Below the pieces are notes generated by a model. It had not been told where the DNA came from and did no database searches. It saw only the letters and a program-made list of their open reading frames with translations. The position numbers were made by a program, and so were the translations under genes. From Octopus sinensis (Eukaryota): a stretch of 64,000 bases of DNA. The stretch is taken from assembly GCF_006345805.1 (NCBI RefSeq), contig NC_043019.1, forward strand, positions 26,535,360 through 26,599,359, in the 5' to 3' direction. This document shows, piece by piece, positions 13,303-25,039 of the stretch. Position 1 is the stretch's first letter, and each line of letters opens with the position of its first letter.

Positions 13303-13351
<49 letters not shown>

Positions 13352-13457
13352 GGCACACGCTCACATACACACACACATACACATGCAAACACACACACAC
13401 GCACATGCACAAGCACACGTACAGACATACATACTTGCTCAAACAAGCACGCATACG

Positions 13458-13501
<44 letters not shown>

Positions 13502-13530
13502 TGCAAACGCACACACACACACACACATGC
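13020..13530. repeat. Compound (TA)n/(CA)n microsatellites
   Basis: Direct inspection. Source of the spurious YIYI/HTHT ORFs. Confidence 0.95.
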
Positions 13531-13985
13531 ACGTACAGAAAAAATATTGAAAATTTTGGTATACAGTGTACCTTCACCGTATCGCGGTCACCTATCGCGG
13601 TCACCTATCGCGCACTCAGTACGTCGCGAATTTTTGTGGTTAATATATGTAAATTTATATCGCGGGCTTCTGCGGCCGATAGGTATTTATATTTTTTTTA
13701 GATTTTAATTATTTCTGTGGGAGATTTTGGAACGTAATACCCACGATAGTCGACGGATTACTGTATTTTTGACCTCATGTCACGCATGTTTCATTACAAG
13801 ACAAGAGTTACTTTTTAAATCTATGTCTGAAGAATTACGGGAAGGAGATACTATGCATCTTTTGTCTTTCATTTGTTTCAGTCATTTGACATAAACACAC
13901 CAACGCTAGGTGTCAAGCGGTTGGGATTGGGGGGTGGGTGGCAGGAAAACACACACACACACACATAGACACACACAAGCACATT

Positions 13986-14424
13986 GATATATATGTATGT
14001 ATGTCGTTATTCAGTTTATTTCAAGATTTCTTGCCAACAGAGAAAGAACCGGTTTGTTCATTCGAATTTCAACGTCAACAATAGGGTATTTTTATTTGTA
14101 TGTATGTATGTATGTATGTATGTATGTATGTATGTATGTATGTATGTATGTATGTATGTATGCATGTATGTATGTACGTACGTACATACGTATGTATGTA
14201 TGTAAGTATGTATGTATGTATACGTGCAGATTTATTTGCTTTATGTATGTATTCTCATGCATACAGTTGCATATCAATGGGTAACGCTTCCACGTGATAG
14301 TTGCATATCTAGACATGTCTAGACATACCCTAGGAATGAGAATCCAGGTTCGAAATTTCCCGAAGGCTGGAGAGTATATCAGCCGAAACGTAGTGTTAAG
14401 AACAAACAAGATGAGGACAAATAT
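13986..14424 (+). repeat. Uninterrupted (empty-site) copy of the repeat that hosts the RTE LINE
   Basis: Same left flank, (TATG)n core and right flank as 8021-11326, but without the LINE. Confidence 0.88.
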
Positions 14425-14461
14425 CCGTCAACTGTAAACAATGTAAATAATGTAAATAATG

Positions 14462-15020
14462 TTCAAGTACCTTGGTACTTGATGGAAAGTAGTGAAAAGG
14501 ACATTGCTATTTGGAAGGCACTTGCTAAGTGTGCTTGTCACAAACTGCGTAAAATCTGGAGCTCTGAGATGGCATATAAATTGTAAATTAGGTTGTGTTT
14601 CTCCAAAGTACAATCAGTTTTGTCATACGGTGCTGAAACATGGACCTACACCGAAAAGCTTGAAAAACAAATAAACGACTGTTACACAAGGATAATAAGA
14701 ATGGCTCTGGAGAGCTCCTTTAACCAATGAGCAGCTTTATCAAGATTTCCCCAAAGTGAATGAGAAGATTTAGCAGAGAAGAATGAGAATTGCTGATCAC
14801 TGCGTCAGGCACCCGGAAGAACCAGTGCGTCAACTGGTCTTATGGCAGAGAGTTGAGGAGAGAATCAACAAGGGAAGAAAACGTCTAACCTTTGCAGATA
14901 ATTTGCTTCAGGAAAGTGGAAAGGCAAATGTCGACGAATTATGAGCATGCCTGGGGGACTGTGATGGATGGTGTGAACGTGTGAAATCATTGAAGCGTCT
15001 GAGAAGACGGTCAAACTAAA
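14462..15020 (+). pseudogene. Degenerate RTE-like LINE RT C-terminal fragment
   Basis: FKYLG..KLRKIWSS..SVLSYGAETWTYTEKLEKQINDCYTRIIRMAL..RHPEEP with frameshifts and stops. Confidence 0.75.
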
Positions 15021-16871
15021 CTAACATATCGAAAATGAGGACAGTTTGTCCGAATATATGAGTGTACAACAATCCGTTCTTTTATAGGCACAGCCTGAAA
15101 TTTGCGGAGAGAGGCTAGTCGATTACATCGACCCCAGTGTTCATCTGGTACTTAATTTATCGATTCCGAAAGGATGAAAGGTAAATTCGACTTCGGCGGC
15201 ATTTGGACTCAGAACGGAAAGTCAGAAGAAATGGCGCTAAGCATTTTGTCCAACGGGTTTACGATTCTGCTGCCTTACATCAGAGTATAATAACGATAAT
15301 TCCTAAAGACGGCTGGAGGGTACAATGGATGATATGTTGCGACTATGACAAGCAAAATGAAGACACTAGTTCGAATACATCAGTATAAAATAATAATTAT
15401 TGAAGGAGTATAGAGCGTACAATTGCTGAAACGGCGTAACGTTCACAAATAAGATGGCGACACTAGTCTGGACATTTTCGCGTATAATAATATTAATTCT
15501 TCTCGGTTTGAATACCAACTCACAACCACAGAAGATAGATGAATTAATTCCAGTTTCACAAGAAAATAGAATTAATTTGGGTGTAATGAATCAGTTCAAG
15601 TAACTAATGCTAAAACTGTCTCCATATTGAACGCGATCTGACTTATGTACAAGAGATGCAGCAAATCAGGGGAGAGAATCGCCAACCCCCAAGCTGATCC
15701 AAAGAGTAATGAAAAAGAATGGCTACCAAACATGTTTTACCAGACACCGACTCAAATAAAAGTTAACAATTCCATCAATAACGTCTTCTTAAAACTGCTG
15801 CACTTTGACAGTTGACAGATATAGAATTGGCGCACTCCAGGCCGGCCCAACGAGGAAATGTTTGTTTGATGAACGCCTGCTTCTATTACAACAACGTATG
15901 CACACCGGCCAATTGGTCTGTAATCAATGTGGACATTACACCACTCCCACCAACTATACAGATTTTACACATACACACACATTTTTTCATTCTTGTACTT
16001 GTTTCAGTCATTTGACTGCAGCCATGCTGGAGCACCAAGCTGAAGGGTTTTTTTTAGTGGAACAAATCCTTCTCAGGACTTACTTTTCAAGTCTAGGGCT
16101 TATTTTATCGGTCTCTTTTGTCGAAATACTGAGCGGTGATTGGGAGAAGGGGGCAAACAGATACAAAGGCACACACATACGGCAGCCTTCTTCCATTTTC
16201 CATTTACTAAATCCACTCACAAGGCTTTGGTCGGCCTGAGGCTGTAGTGGAAGACACTTGCCCAAGGTGCCACGCAGTGGGACTGAGCCCAGAACCATGT
16301 GACTGGAATGCAAGTTTCTTACCACACAGCTACACCTGCGCCCATATAGTACACAAAAATGGGTAAGCCATTTGGCCATGTTTAAAGGCGTACGTGATGT
16401 TTATCACGTAGCGTATAACAAGCGTGGCGGATATTAAGTTACTTATGACCGTCGTTAGACTTTTAAATATATCCGTGTGAAGACAGACGTTTAACTAAAC
16501 GCCACGTCAGTGAGAAAAAACACTCGGAAAGATATCGGAACAGCGACATCAGTTACTGTATCAAACAATGAACAGGAGGAGAACGAAAATTTGAGAATTA
16601 TCGTGGGGGATGGGGGTCATTCGTGGTAAACAATTAAAGCACTTCCATCAACAATAAGAAATTAATTTTGTAAGAAGGCTAATTGGTTAATTTAACATGC
16701 CACTCTGCACATGTAATTGCCGCCTCATAATTGCCTTATATCATTCATCTTGCTTAAGTGGAAGCAGTGTTGAATCTCTCTCTCTCTTTTTTTTTTTTTT
16801 TTTTGTTATCGACGTCAAAAAAATTTTATGAATATACAAAAGAACGTGGAATTAATTCTTTTTCTTTTATT

Positions 16872-17282
16872 GGATCTTTTCGGTTTGAACGGCAGTTTTT
16901 AAACATAATTTCTAGGTAACTAAACACTTTTAAACTTCGTATACTGGTAGAATGTGTTTATAAAACATCTCTTTCTCTTGGCTTTATGGAGAAAATTCTA
17001 TAGTTTGTAAGATATTTGTTGTTTCTTTTCTTCAATTTTTGCAATTTCAACCAATCATTGACGTCTATTGAGATGAAAACATTCTGTGCCGTATGAATAT
17101 GTCCCTCGTTTAAGAAACAGATTGGGTTTATTTACATTTCTGAAGAAAAAAAGATACCCTTCCCCTCACCCCTAACCCTAAAACAGATTGAAATGCAATA
17201 GATCGATACTAGGGTCATAATTATGGGTGACAATTTCATATGACACCGCTACAAAAAACTGCCGTTCAAACCGAAAAGATCC
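16872..17282. mobile_element. MITE with 28-bp TIRs (GGATCTTTTCGGTTTGAACGGCAGTTTT), Merlin-like
   Basis: Matching TIRs at both ends, flanked by a CTTTTATT-like 8-bp duplication. Second copy at 35586-36001; rearranged copy at ~61503-62079. Confidence 0.8.
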
Positions 17283-17755
17283 CTTTTATTTGTTTGTTTC
17301 GTTTTGGAATATCTCGAAGCAGACACATAAATCTATAAATAACAATGCGTAAATATTGGGTTCAAAAATCCTTTTTAGATAGAAAAGGTTATAGATTTAT
17401 GGGCGTGCTTCGAGATATTCCAAAAAAAAAGAAAAAAGAATTAGTTCTATTTATACCGATATTTCTGGCTAAAGGCTTTTTTTTTAAAAAAAAGCCGTCA
17501 TTTTGAAATACTTCAAAAAAGGAAACCTTTGTTGTGGATCGATAAATAAAGTAGCTGTCGAGGGCTGGAGTCTATACTTCTCATTCTATCTCAGTCCACT
17601 ACTTCTTTCAGCCTGTTTCACTTTCGGGAAAAAGATCGGTTATGAACCGCCCTAGGATAAAGTTGCTCTGGACACTTCCTATGTCACTACGACACGGCCA
17701 GTTCCCACCGAAGACAAAGCGTATCCATCCATCCATCCATCCATACATACATACA

Positions 17756-17789
<34 letters not shown>

Positions 17790-18264
17790 CATGCTTGCAT
17801 GCATACGTACATACATACGTAGATACATACATACATACATGCAAGCCTACATACATACATACATACATACATACATACATACATACATACATGCATAAAT
17901 ATGCATAGATGGGTACAGGACGTCAAAAACATAAAAACGAACAATTTTTTGCGAACAACAAAAGAAACAAATGGAAAAACAAGACTGGCAACATAAAGAA
18001 CAACCCCTTCATCAGTTGTCGGCTGCTTTATCTACTCCACATTTCGAGCATTACGACAAGATGTGTCTTCGTCAAAACAGTTGCTCCTGCTAAGCAAATT
18101 AAATAAAATTGGGTTTTGCGGAGGGTCAAAGTTGAACACAAAAACAGTTCAGTGAAAACAAAGGGTAAGGGCTGCAAAGCCATAACGAGGTGAAGCGGTG
18201 AACGCTGGAGAAACAAGCTTTGACAGGAGACAGACAAGAATGCGTCCTATCCCTGTAGCTGAAC

Positions 18265-18336
<72 letters not shown>

Positions 18337-19009
18337 TTATATGTGTCTGTGTTTGTCCCCACCATCGTCGCTTGACAACCAACGATGGTGTTTTTAAGTC
18401 CCCGTATCTTAGCGGTTCGGCAAAAGAGACCGATAGAATAAGTACGAGGCTTACAAAGAATAAGTCCTGGGGGGTCGATTTGTTCGGCTAAAGGCGGTAC
18501 TCCAGCATGGCTGCAGTCAAACGACTGAAACAAGTAGAAGAATAATATACACATGCACGTGTTATGTTACTGTTATGGTAAAACCGCAACTGTTTCTATA
18601 AATATAAATATATTTATATATATATGACTGTTTAGTGTTTAGTGTGTGTGTGTATGCGTGTGATGCCCACACATTTTGTGCCAGCTATTTTCATTCAGAT
18701 AACCTCAAATCCTGCTTTCAGAAACACCGATGACGAATGGTGTTTTACAAGCGGATAACCTTGTGAGTTTTTAGGATGGAATATCAGAGATATAAGAATT
18801 AAAGAGGTCATTCTTAATAAAACAATTAAAACCAGTCATCGACAAAAACAACAAAAAAAAACGAAACAAAACGAAAACAAGCGTAGATGATGCTAATTAA
18901 CTAAGTAAACACTACTAATTAGTGCAGCATGCTAAAACCGCTCGTCCCCCATTACCCACCAACTATACATGTAAATATATAAATAATAATAATAACGATG
19001 ATGATGATG

Positions 19010-19069
<60 letters not shown>

Positions 19070-19077
19070 GACCCGAA

Positions 19078-19465
19078 AGCCGGATATAAATGCCTTTAGG
19101 AGGGATAAACAAGAGTGCCTAATAATTGACGTGGCAGTGTCAGGAGATCAACGTATCATCAGGAAAGAAAGAGAAAAGGTTGATAGATGTGGAGACCTGA
19201 GAATTGAGATTGCTAAGATGTGGCAGCTACGAGAGTCAAACATAAAGGTTATCCCTATTGTCATCGGAATATTGGGTTCAATACCACCCAAGCTGAAGAA
19301 ATATCTGGAAACTTTAGAAATACCCTACAATCTAGGTATATTGCAAAAGTCGGCATTACTTGGAACTGCACACATATTACATAAAGTACTGTCTGTCTGA
19401 GGTCCTCGTTGTGACTTGACAGACAATGCAAACCCCTGGTAGACACAATATCTTCAAACTACAAC
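19078..19465 (+). mobile_element. 3' fragment of an R4/Dong-like LINE (restriction-like endonuclease)
   Basis: KPDI..CLIIDVAVSGD..EKVDRCGDLRIEIAKMW..VIPIVIGILG..LQKSALLGTAHIL (PD..D REL motif). Immediately preceded by a long (TAA)n tract. Confidence 0.8.
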
Positions 19466-19483
19466 CATACCATATTGTATACT

Positions 19484-20060
19484 TATTTCTTTATTACCCA
19501 CAAGTGGCTAAACATAGAGGGGACAAACAAAGACAGGCATAGGTATTAAGTCGATTATATCGACCCCAGTGCGTAACTGGTACTTAATTTATCGACCCGG
19601 AAGGATGAAAGGCAAAGTCGACCTCGGCGGAATTTGAACTCACAACGTAACGGCAGACGAAATACCTATTTCTTTATTACCCACAAGGGGCTAAACACAG
19701 AGGGAACAAACAAGGACAGACATAGGTATTAAGTCGATTATATCGACCCCAGTGCGTAACTGGTACTTAATTTATAGATCCCGAAAGGATGAAAGGCCTC
19801 GGCGGAATTTGAACTCACAACGTAACGGCAGACGAAATACCTATTTCTTTATTACCCACAAGGGGCTAAACACAGAGGGAACAAACAAGGACAGACATAG
19901 GTATTAAGTCGATTATATCGACCCCAGTGCGTAACTGGTACTTAATTTATAGATCCCGAAAGGATGAAAGGCCTCGGCGGAATTTGAACTCACAACGTAA
20001 CGGCAGACGAAATACCGCTAAGCATTTCGCCCGGCGCGCTAACGTTTCTGCCAGCTCGCC
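19484..20060 (-). mobile_element. Family A SINE with 3 tandem body units
   Basis: Same head and unit junction as the 1195-2213 array. Confidence 0.85.
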
Positions 20061-20680
20061 AGCTCACGATATTGTATATTGTGCGACGTCTACAATAATA
20101 ATAAATGCCCTGATGCAGTACCAAGCAGTGGCTCTCATGGCTTCTCATCTTAACTGATTGGAAGTGTTATCATGTACATTCTTTTGTCTTGGTATAAAAG
20201 ATGGGCCACAATAAATATGTATGTTGGTGAATAAAATCACCTTCGAGCTGTGCGGATAATAGCGGACTGACTTGGTGCTTCAAATTAAGTACCTAATTCA
20301 ACTGAATCTTAATTATTTCTTACACACATGCACGCACACACACACACACACACACACATATTCTTTGACTTGTTTCAGTCAATTGACTGCGACCATGATG
20401 GAGCACCGCCTTGAAGGTTTGGTTTCAGTGAAAGAAATCGACACCAGCACTTACTATTTAAGCCTATCAGTCTCTTTTGCCACAAGGCTAAACAAAGGGG
20501 ATGTAAAAACACAAACACCGGTTATCAAGCGGTAATGGGGAACAAACACAGGCACGAAAGCATACACACACACACGTATGTGTATACGCGACGGGCTTCT
20601 TCCAGTTTCCGTCTACTATGTGGGACCAAACCCGGAACCAGCTGGTCAAGAAACAAGCTTCTTACCACACAGTCACGCCT

Positions 20681-20744
<64 letters not shown>

Positions 20745-20750
20745 TATATA

Positions 20751-20800
<50 letters not shown>

Positions 20801-20894
20801 ATATAAAGAATAAAAAGTTTTGAAAGGTACAACAATGCATTATAATACAGACAATGGGCTATATAGCTGTGGTAATTTAGTCATTCAGAGCCTG

Positions 20895-20931
20895 ATATGA
20901 TATTTCGGAATAGTATTCCTTCTTCAGATAT
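20895..20931 (-). ncRNA. Minimal hammerhead ribozyme-like motif
   Basis: rc: ATAT CTGAAGA A GGAAT-ACT-ATTCC GAAAT AT C ATAT. Helix I ATAT/ATAT, helix II 5 bp, loopless palindromic helix III (ATAT), AUC triplet. Confidence 0.6.
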
Positions 20932-21189
20932 TCTTAGATGGAGTCGCAGCTATAATCGGTTTTCTAATGGCTTTTCTTTTCTATTTTGTGGAAGCGTCTC
21001 AGCAGTGGTTTCACGAAGCTCCTTCCGGAATTCCTCATGAGAAGTGTGTGAAGTCGGTCATGTCTCAATCTCGTGTGTGCTGGTACATCCGTAGCGCTGC
21101 TTCTAAGTTACGTATTATACGTGCAGCTTGCTTTTTTGCACCTTCCCCCCTTTTTTTTTACTCTTTCCTTTTTTTTTTGTTATAAACTA

Positions 21190-22650
21190 CAGATGAACAT
21201 ATCAAAACTCGGATAGGAAACTGTGACAACTTAAATTTGAATGGGACATTTGATGGTATGATTGGTGTGTGAGGAACGAAGACGGTCTTAGCTTTGTCAC
21301 AACCAGTGAGAATATTTGCCTCAATGCAGTTCCTCATAAATTTGTGCACAATTAATCTTGTATCATTGTATAATTTTGATTGAGATAAATTAAGTAATAG
21401 CATAATAGGAGTCCCATTTTTCAGCTGAAGACAATTAGGAGCTGTACTTGGTGGTTCTAGTGAGTTCAAAAATTCGATGGGGTAATTAACTATATCCTGA
21501 TCATCAAGAACACTGTCAATTGAATTGTAAGTGAATACTTCTCCCGGAAGTTTATTCAATAGCATATTATTAATGCTATGTACAGCAACACTTTTTGGAA
21601 CCAGGATAGCTCGCTCACAGATCCAATCTGTATTGTTGTAATTATGAAGAAGATTAGGAAAGATTTCAGCCACCAGATCATCGACGGAATCAATTGGATT
21701 GAGTATAAGAAACTGTTCTTCATCAATTGGAGCTCTCCTTCATCGAGTTTCAGAAGCTGATCTGCAAATAGTTCATCTGATCGATCTCTTGAAAACATCG
21801 ATCTCATGTTGTCCCGTAATGTTCTGTCCACAACTTCAAAATCTTTTTTTGTGGGCCACGGTACATTCGTCCCAGACAATTAAATGACATCTTTGCATTA
21901 GTTTACCCATTGCAAAATTTTTAGACATATTACACACTGGATCTTCTTCGTTAGATAAATGCAAAGGTATCTTGAATGTTGAATGGGTAGTCCGACCTCC
22001 GGGTAGTAATGTTGCTGCAATCCCAGAAGCAGCACTAGCTAAAGCTGTTTTATTTTCTTGATGAACTTTAGCCAAGAGGAGTTTAATTACAAATATTTTC
22101 CCAGTACCTCCTGGAGCATCTAAGAAATACAGTCCTCCTATGTTATTGCTAGTACTTTTCTATGACAGCGGAATATGCATGATGTTGATCAAGTAGAAGC
22201 TTGGGAAGATTATCATTTATGTACATGGTCAGTTCGTCCATATCATAGAAAATTTCCCTCATTATTCCAGTGGACAGACTGTTAAGATCTCCTCTATTAG
22301 TTAGTGGGAGACCTAAATGTATTATATAAGAAATAAACATGTAATAATTGAAGTAGTAAAAATGGATTTCATACACGAACTTCTGTTTGTTCTTCAAGTT
22401 GCAATCCAGCGACTTTTAATGTTTGGCCCTGAGTTTTATTAATGCTCATGACAAAAGAAAGTGGGATAGAAAACTGTAACGGGTTAAATTGGAATGGGAC
22501 ATTAGATGGTATAACTGGTATGCGAGGAACGAAGACGGTGTCACCTTTACCACAATCAGTGAGAATATTTACCTCAGTGCAGTTCCTCATAAGTTTGAGC
22601 ACAATTAGTGCTGTATCACTGCATAATTTTTGTTGAGACAAATTAGCATA
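21190..22650 (-). pseudogene. Helitron RepHel remnant 1 (PIF1 helicase), disrupted and rearranged
   Basis: YFLDAPGGTGK (Walker A), SGIAATLLPGGRTTHSTFKIP, IVWDEC, WICERAILVPK, LKNGTPIMLLLNL, MSINKTQGQTLK spread over several frames. Confidence 0.88.
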
Positions 22651-22964
22651 ATAGCTTCCCCTGAACCAACTACTTTCATTTTTTCGGAGAAAGGAAGAGA
22701 TAGAATTTCGATTTTATATCTATAGAAAAAACATAATAGCTTCCCCTGAACCATTTAGTTTCATTTTGCTGGACACTAGCCTAATACTCTTGGCCTCTGT
22801 TGGGGTACAGTAGTCCAATGCTCTTAGTCTTTGTTGCAATAAAACTAGTTCAATAGTTCACATAGAGCTTAAGGGAAATTGATTATTCCTTGAGGAATTC
22901 ACCCTCGATCAATAAAATGTTAACAGATGCTGGGTGATTCCATTGGACTCTCAAAGAAGGCGGA

Positions 22965-23310
22965 GGGCTGGCAGAAACGTTAGCACGCCGGGCGAAATGC
23001 GCAGCCGTATTTCGTCTGCCGTTACGTTCTGAGTTCAAATTCCGCCGAGGTCAACTTTGCCTTTCATCCTTTCGGGGGTCGATAAATTAAGGACCAGTTA
23101 CGCACTGGGGTCGATGTAATCGACTTAATCCGTTTGTCTGTCCTTGTTTGTCCTCTCTGTGTTTAGCCCCTTGTGGGTAGTAAAGAAATAGGTATTTCGC
23201 CTGTCGCTACGTTCTGAGTTCAAATTCCGTCGAGGTCGACTTTGCCGTTCATCCTTTCGGAGTAGATCAAATAAGTACCAGTCACGCCCTGGGGTCAATG
23301 TAATCGACTA
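22965..23310 (+). mobile_element. Family A SINE, head plus about 1.5 body units
   Basis: Shows the sense-strand junction GTAGTAAAGAAATAGGTATTTCG at ~23177-23199. Confidence 0.8.
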
Positions 23311-23405
23311 GCCCCCTTCCTCCAATTTGAGGCTTTGTATTTCCAGTAGAAAGGATTTGACAAAAGACTGCTTGGAGTTATCTTTCCTTCTATAGTAAGA
23401 TCCTA

Positions 23406-23617
23406 CGAGCGGTTGCTGAAAAGTTCCTGGCTTTGGGTAAAAGAAAATACAGGAGGATCAGTTGATTATGATTTTATTCATTATATTCCCCTCTCAGATT
23501 CACGCACTTATTGCAGCGGTCATTCAGCTTTTCAAAGCCCTGTAAAATAACTCGGAAGTTTGGGCCTCGAACCAGGCCTTTCGTTATAACCTTAAAGCCA
23601 GGAACTTTTCAGCACGC
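23406..23617. mobile_element. Mariner-derived MITE
   Basis: Imperfect TIRs containing GCTGAAAAGTTCCTGGCTTT / AAAGCCAGGAACTTTTCAGC, with TA on each flank. Confidence 0.65.
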
Positions 23618-23684
23618 TATTTCTGTGGAAGTTTCCATTTGATGTAAAACTCACAGGGAATTAAATATCTTAGGAGCGGAATTC

Positions 23685-23746
<62 letters not shown>

Positions 23747-24521
23747 GGGGGGGAGGAGAGAGAGAAAGAGCAACTATTCTAAATGTTGATATCAATACTG
23801 GTGCTGCAAAAATATTGTGGGAGATAGTCATGTAAAAGAAAGCTCCGCCTGTCATGTTTTTTTTAAAGCCTGGTAAAATATTCTTCTGTTACGAGACTTT
23901 TGTATGATGCATTTTTATGAATACCTAGGTTTTTGTGGCACTCGTATGGAACACAAGGCATCACAAAAATCACTGAAGTAAAGACATGGATTTTGAAGCA
24001 GTTTTTGTCATGCAATTAATTATTAAATATGGACATTTTTTTTTATCAGCTTCCAATCTTAAATCAGTTAAAACATGACAAAAACGAACTGATTCTCCGC
24101 ATTGTAAATATTTTCAATGTAGATCTTCAGATCGTCTGTTGCAGTATAATGGCTGGAATCTGTGATGGAGTAATAAAATGTAAAGTCACATCATTGAATC
24201 TTGTTACCGTAGGCAGCCACGTAAGCCCTATGCTATTGAAAAAGAAGTGACATTGGATTTAGTGCCAAAATAAACGGAAGATCAACGCCCTCTTGAGATA
24301 TTCGTTTTGAAAGATTTATGACGCCGGAATGAACCGTTCTGATTTCATTTATAAGCGTGAAGATGGTTAACCAGATATTTAGGAACCTTCTAGAGCAGCA
24401 GGTATTTTTGGCAAGGGTGTATGAATCTAATAACTGCAAGTGTGAAACAGAAACAACCATTTTGTAATTAAGGCACATTGTCACAAAGTTAATCCAGGCA
24501 ATTCCACTTATTTATCAAAAA

Positions 24522-24809
24522 CTAGCAGTATCGCCCGGCGTTGCTCGGATTTGTAAGGGAAATAACTATATAAGCAGTTTTAGAGAGTTACTTCCCTTAT
24601 ATAATAGCAAAAATATGCATTAAAAATGGGAAAAAATGATGGTAAATTTTTTTTTAAATCGTAGACGCGCGCTAATACCCAGAAGGGCTCGATATGAATC
24701 ACGACTACAAGATACCCGCTTTTGGTTACACTGCACCGCAAAATGTGGGAGTAGTTAGGAATCTAAATCGTAGGGGACAGACACACAACTTCACTTTTAT
24801 ATATAAAGA
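24522..24809 (-). mobile_element. Non-autonomous Helitron, copy B
   Basis: rc begins A|TCTTTATATATAAAAGTGAAG and ends GCAACGCCGGGCGATACTGCTAG|T. Confidence 0.85.
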
Positions 24810-25039
24810 TTAACAAGAGGAAAAGAAAGAAAAAACCTTAAAAAGTATAATAAAAGATAAAATTATCAAGAAAAATCTCACAACTCCCTCACCAAATGAA
24901 CAAAGAAAAAAAAGGGGGGTGGCGGATTAAGCAGCAGAAGATGCGGGGTGGAATTACAGGTTCTACACCCGAGAACAAATGGCGTATTTAGCCGTGCCTC
25001 GCAGACATGATTGCAAAGGCGCTGCCGCGGAGAAAGGAA

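Noticed and set aside
10735-14409. Many ORFs of YVCM, HTYI, YIYI or LSIY type (also at 17.6 kb, 27 kb, 37.3 kb, 53.5 kb, 59.8 kb)
   Set aside because: These are translations of microsatellites.
15420-15960. Possible third Penelope remnant (KNGY.. motif)
   Set aside because: Similarity too weak to support without a search.
18045-18100. Fifth hammerhead candidate (rc TTGACGA-A-GAC..CTC-GAAAT-GT-G)
   Set aside because: C3 is missing, helix II is mismatched and the cleavage position is G. Too degenerate to call, though it may be a decayed relative.
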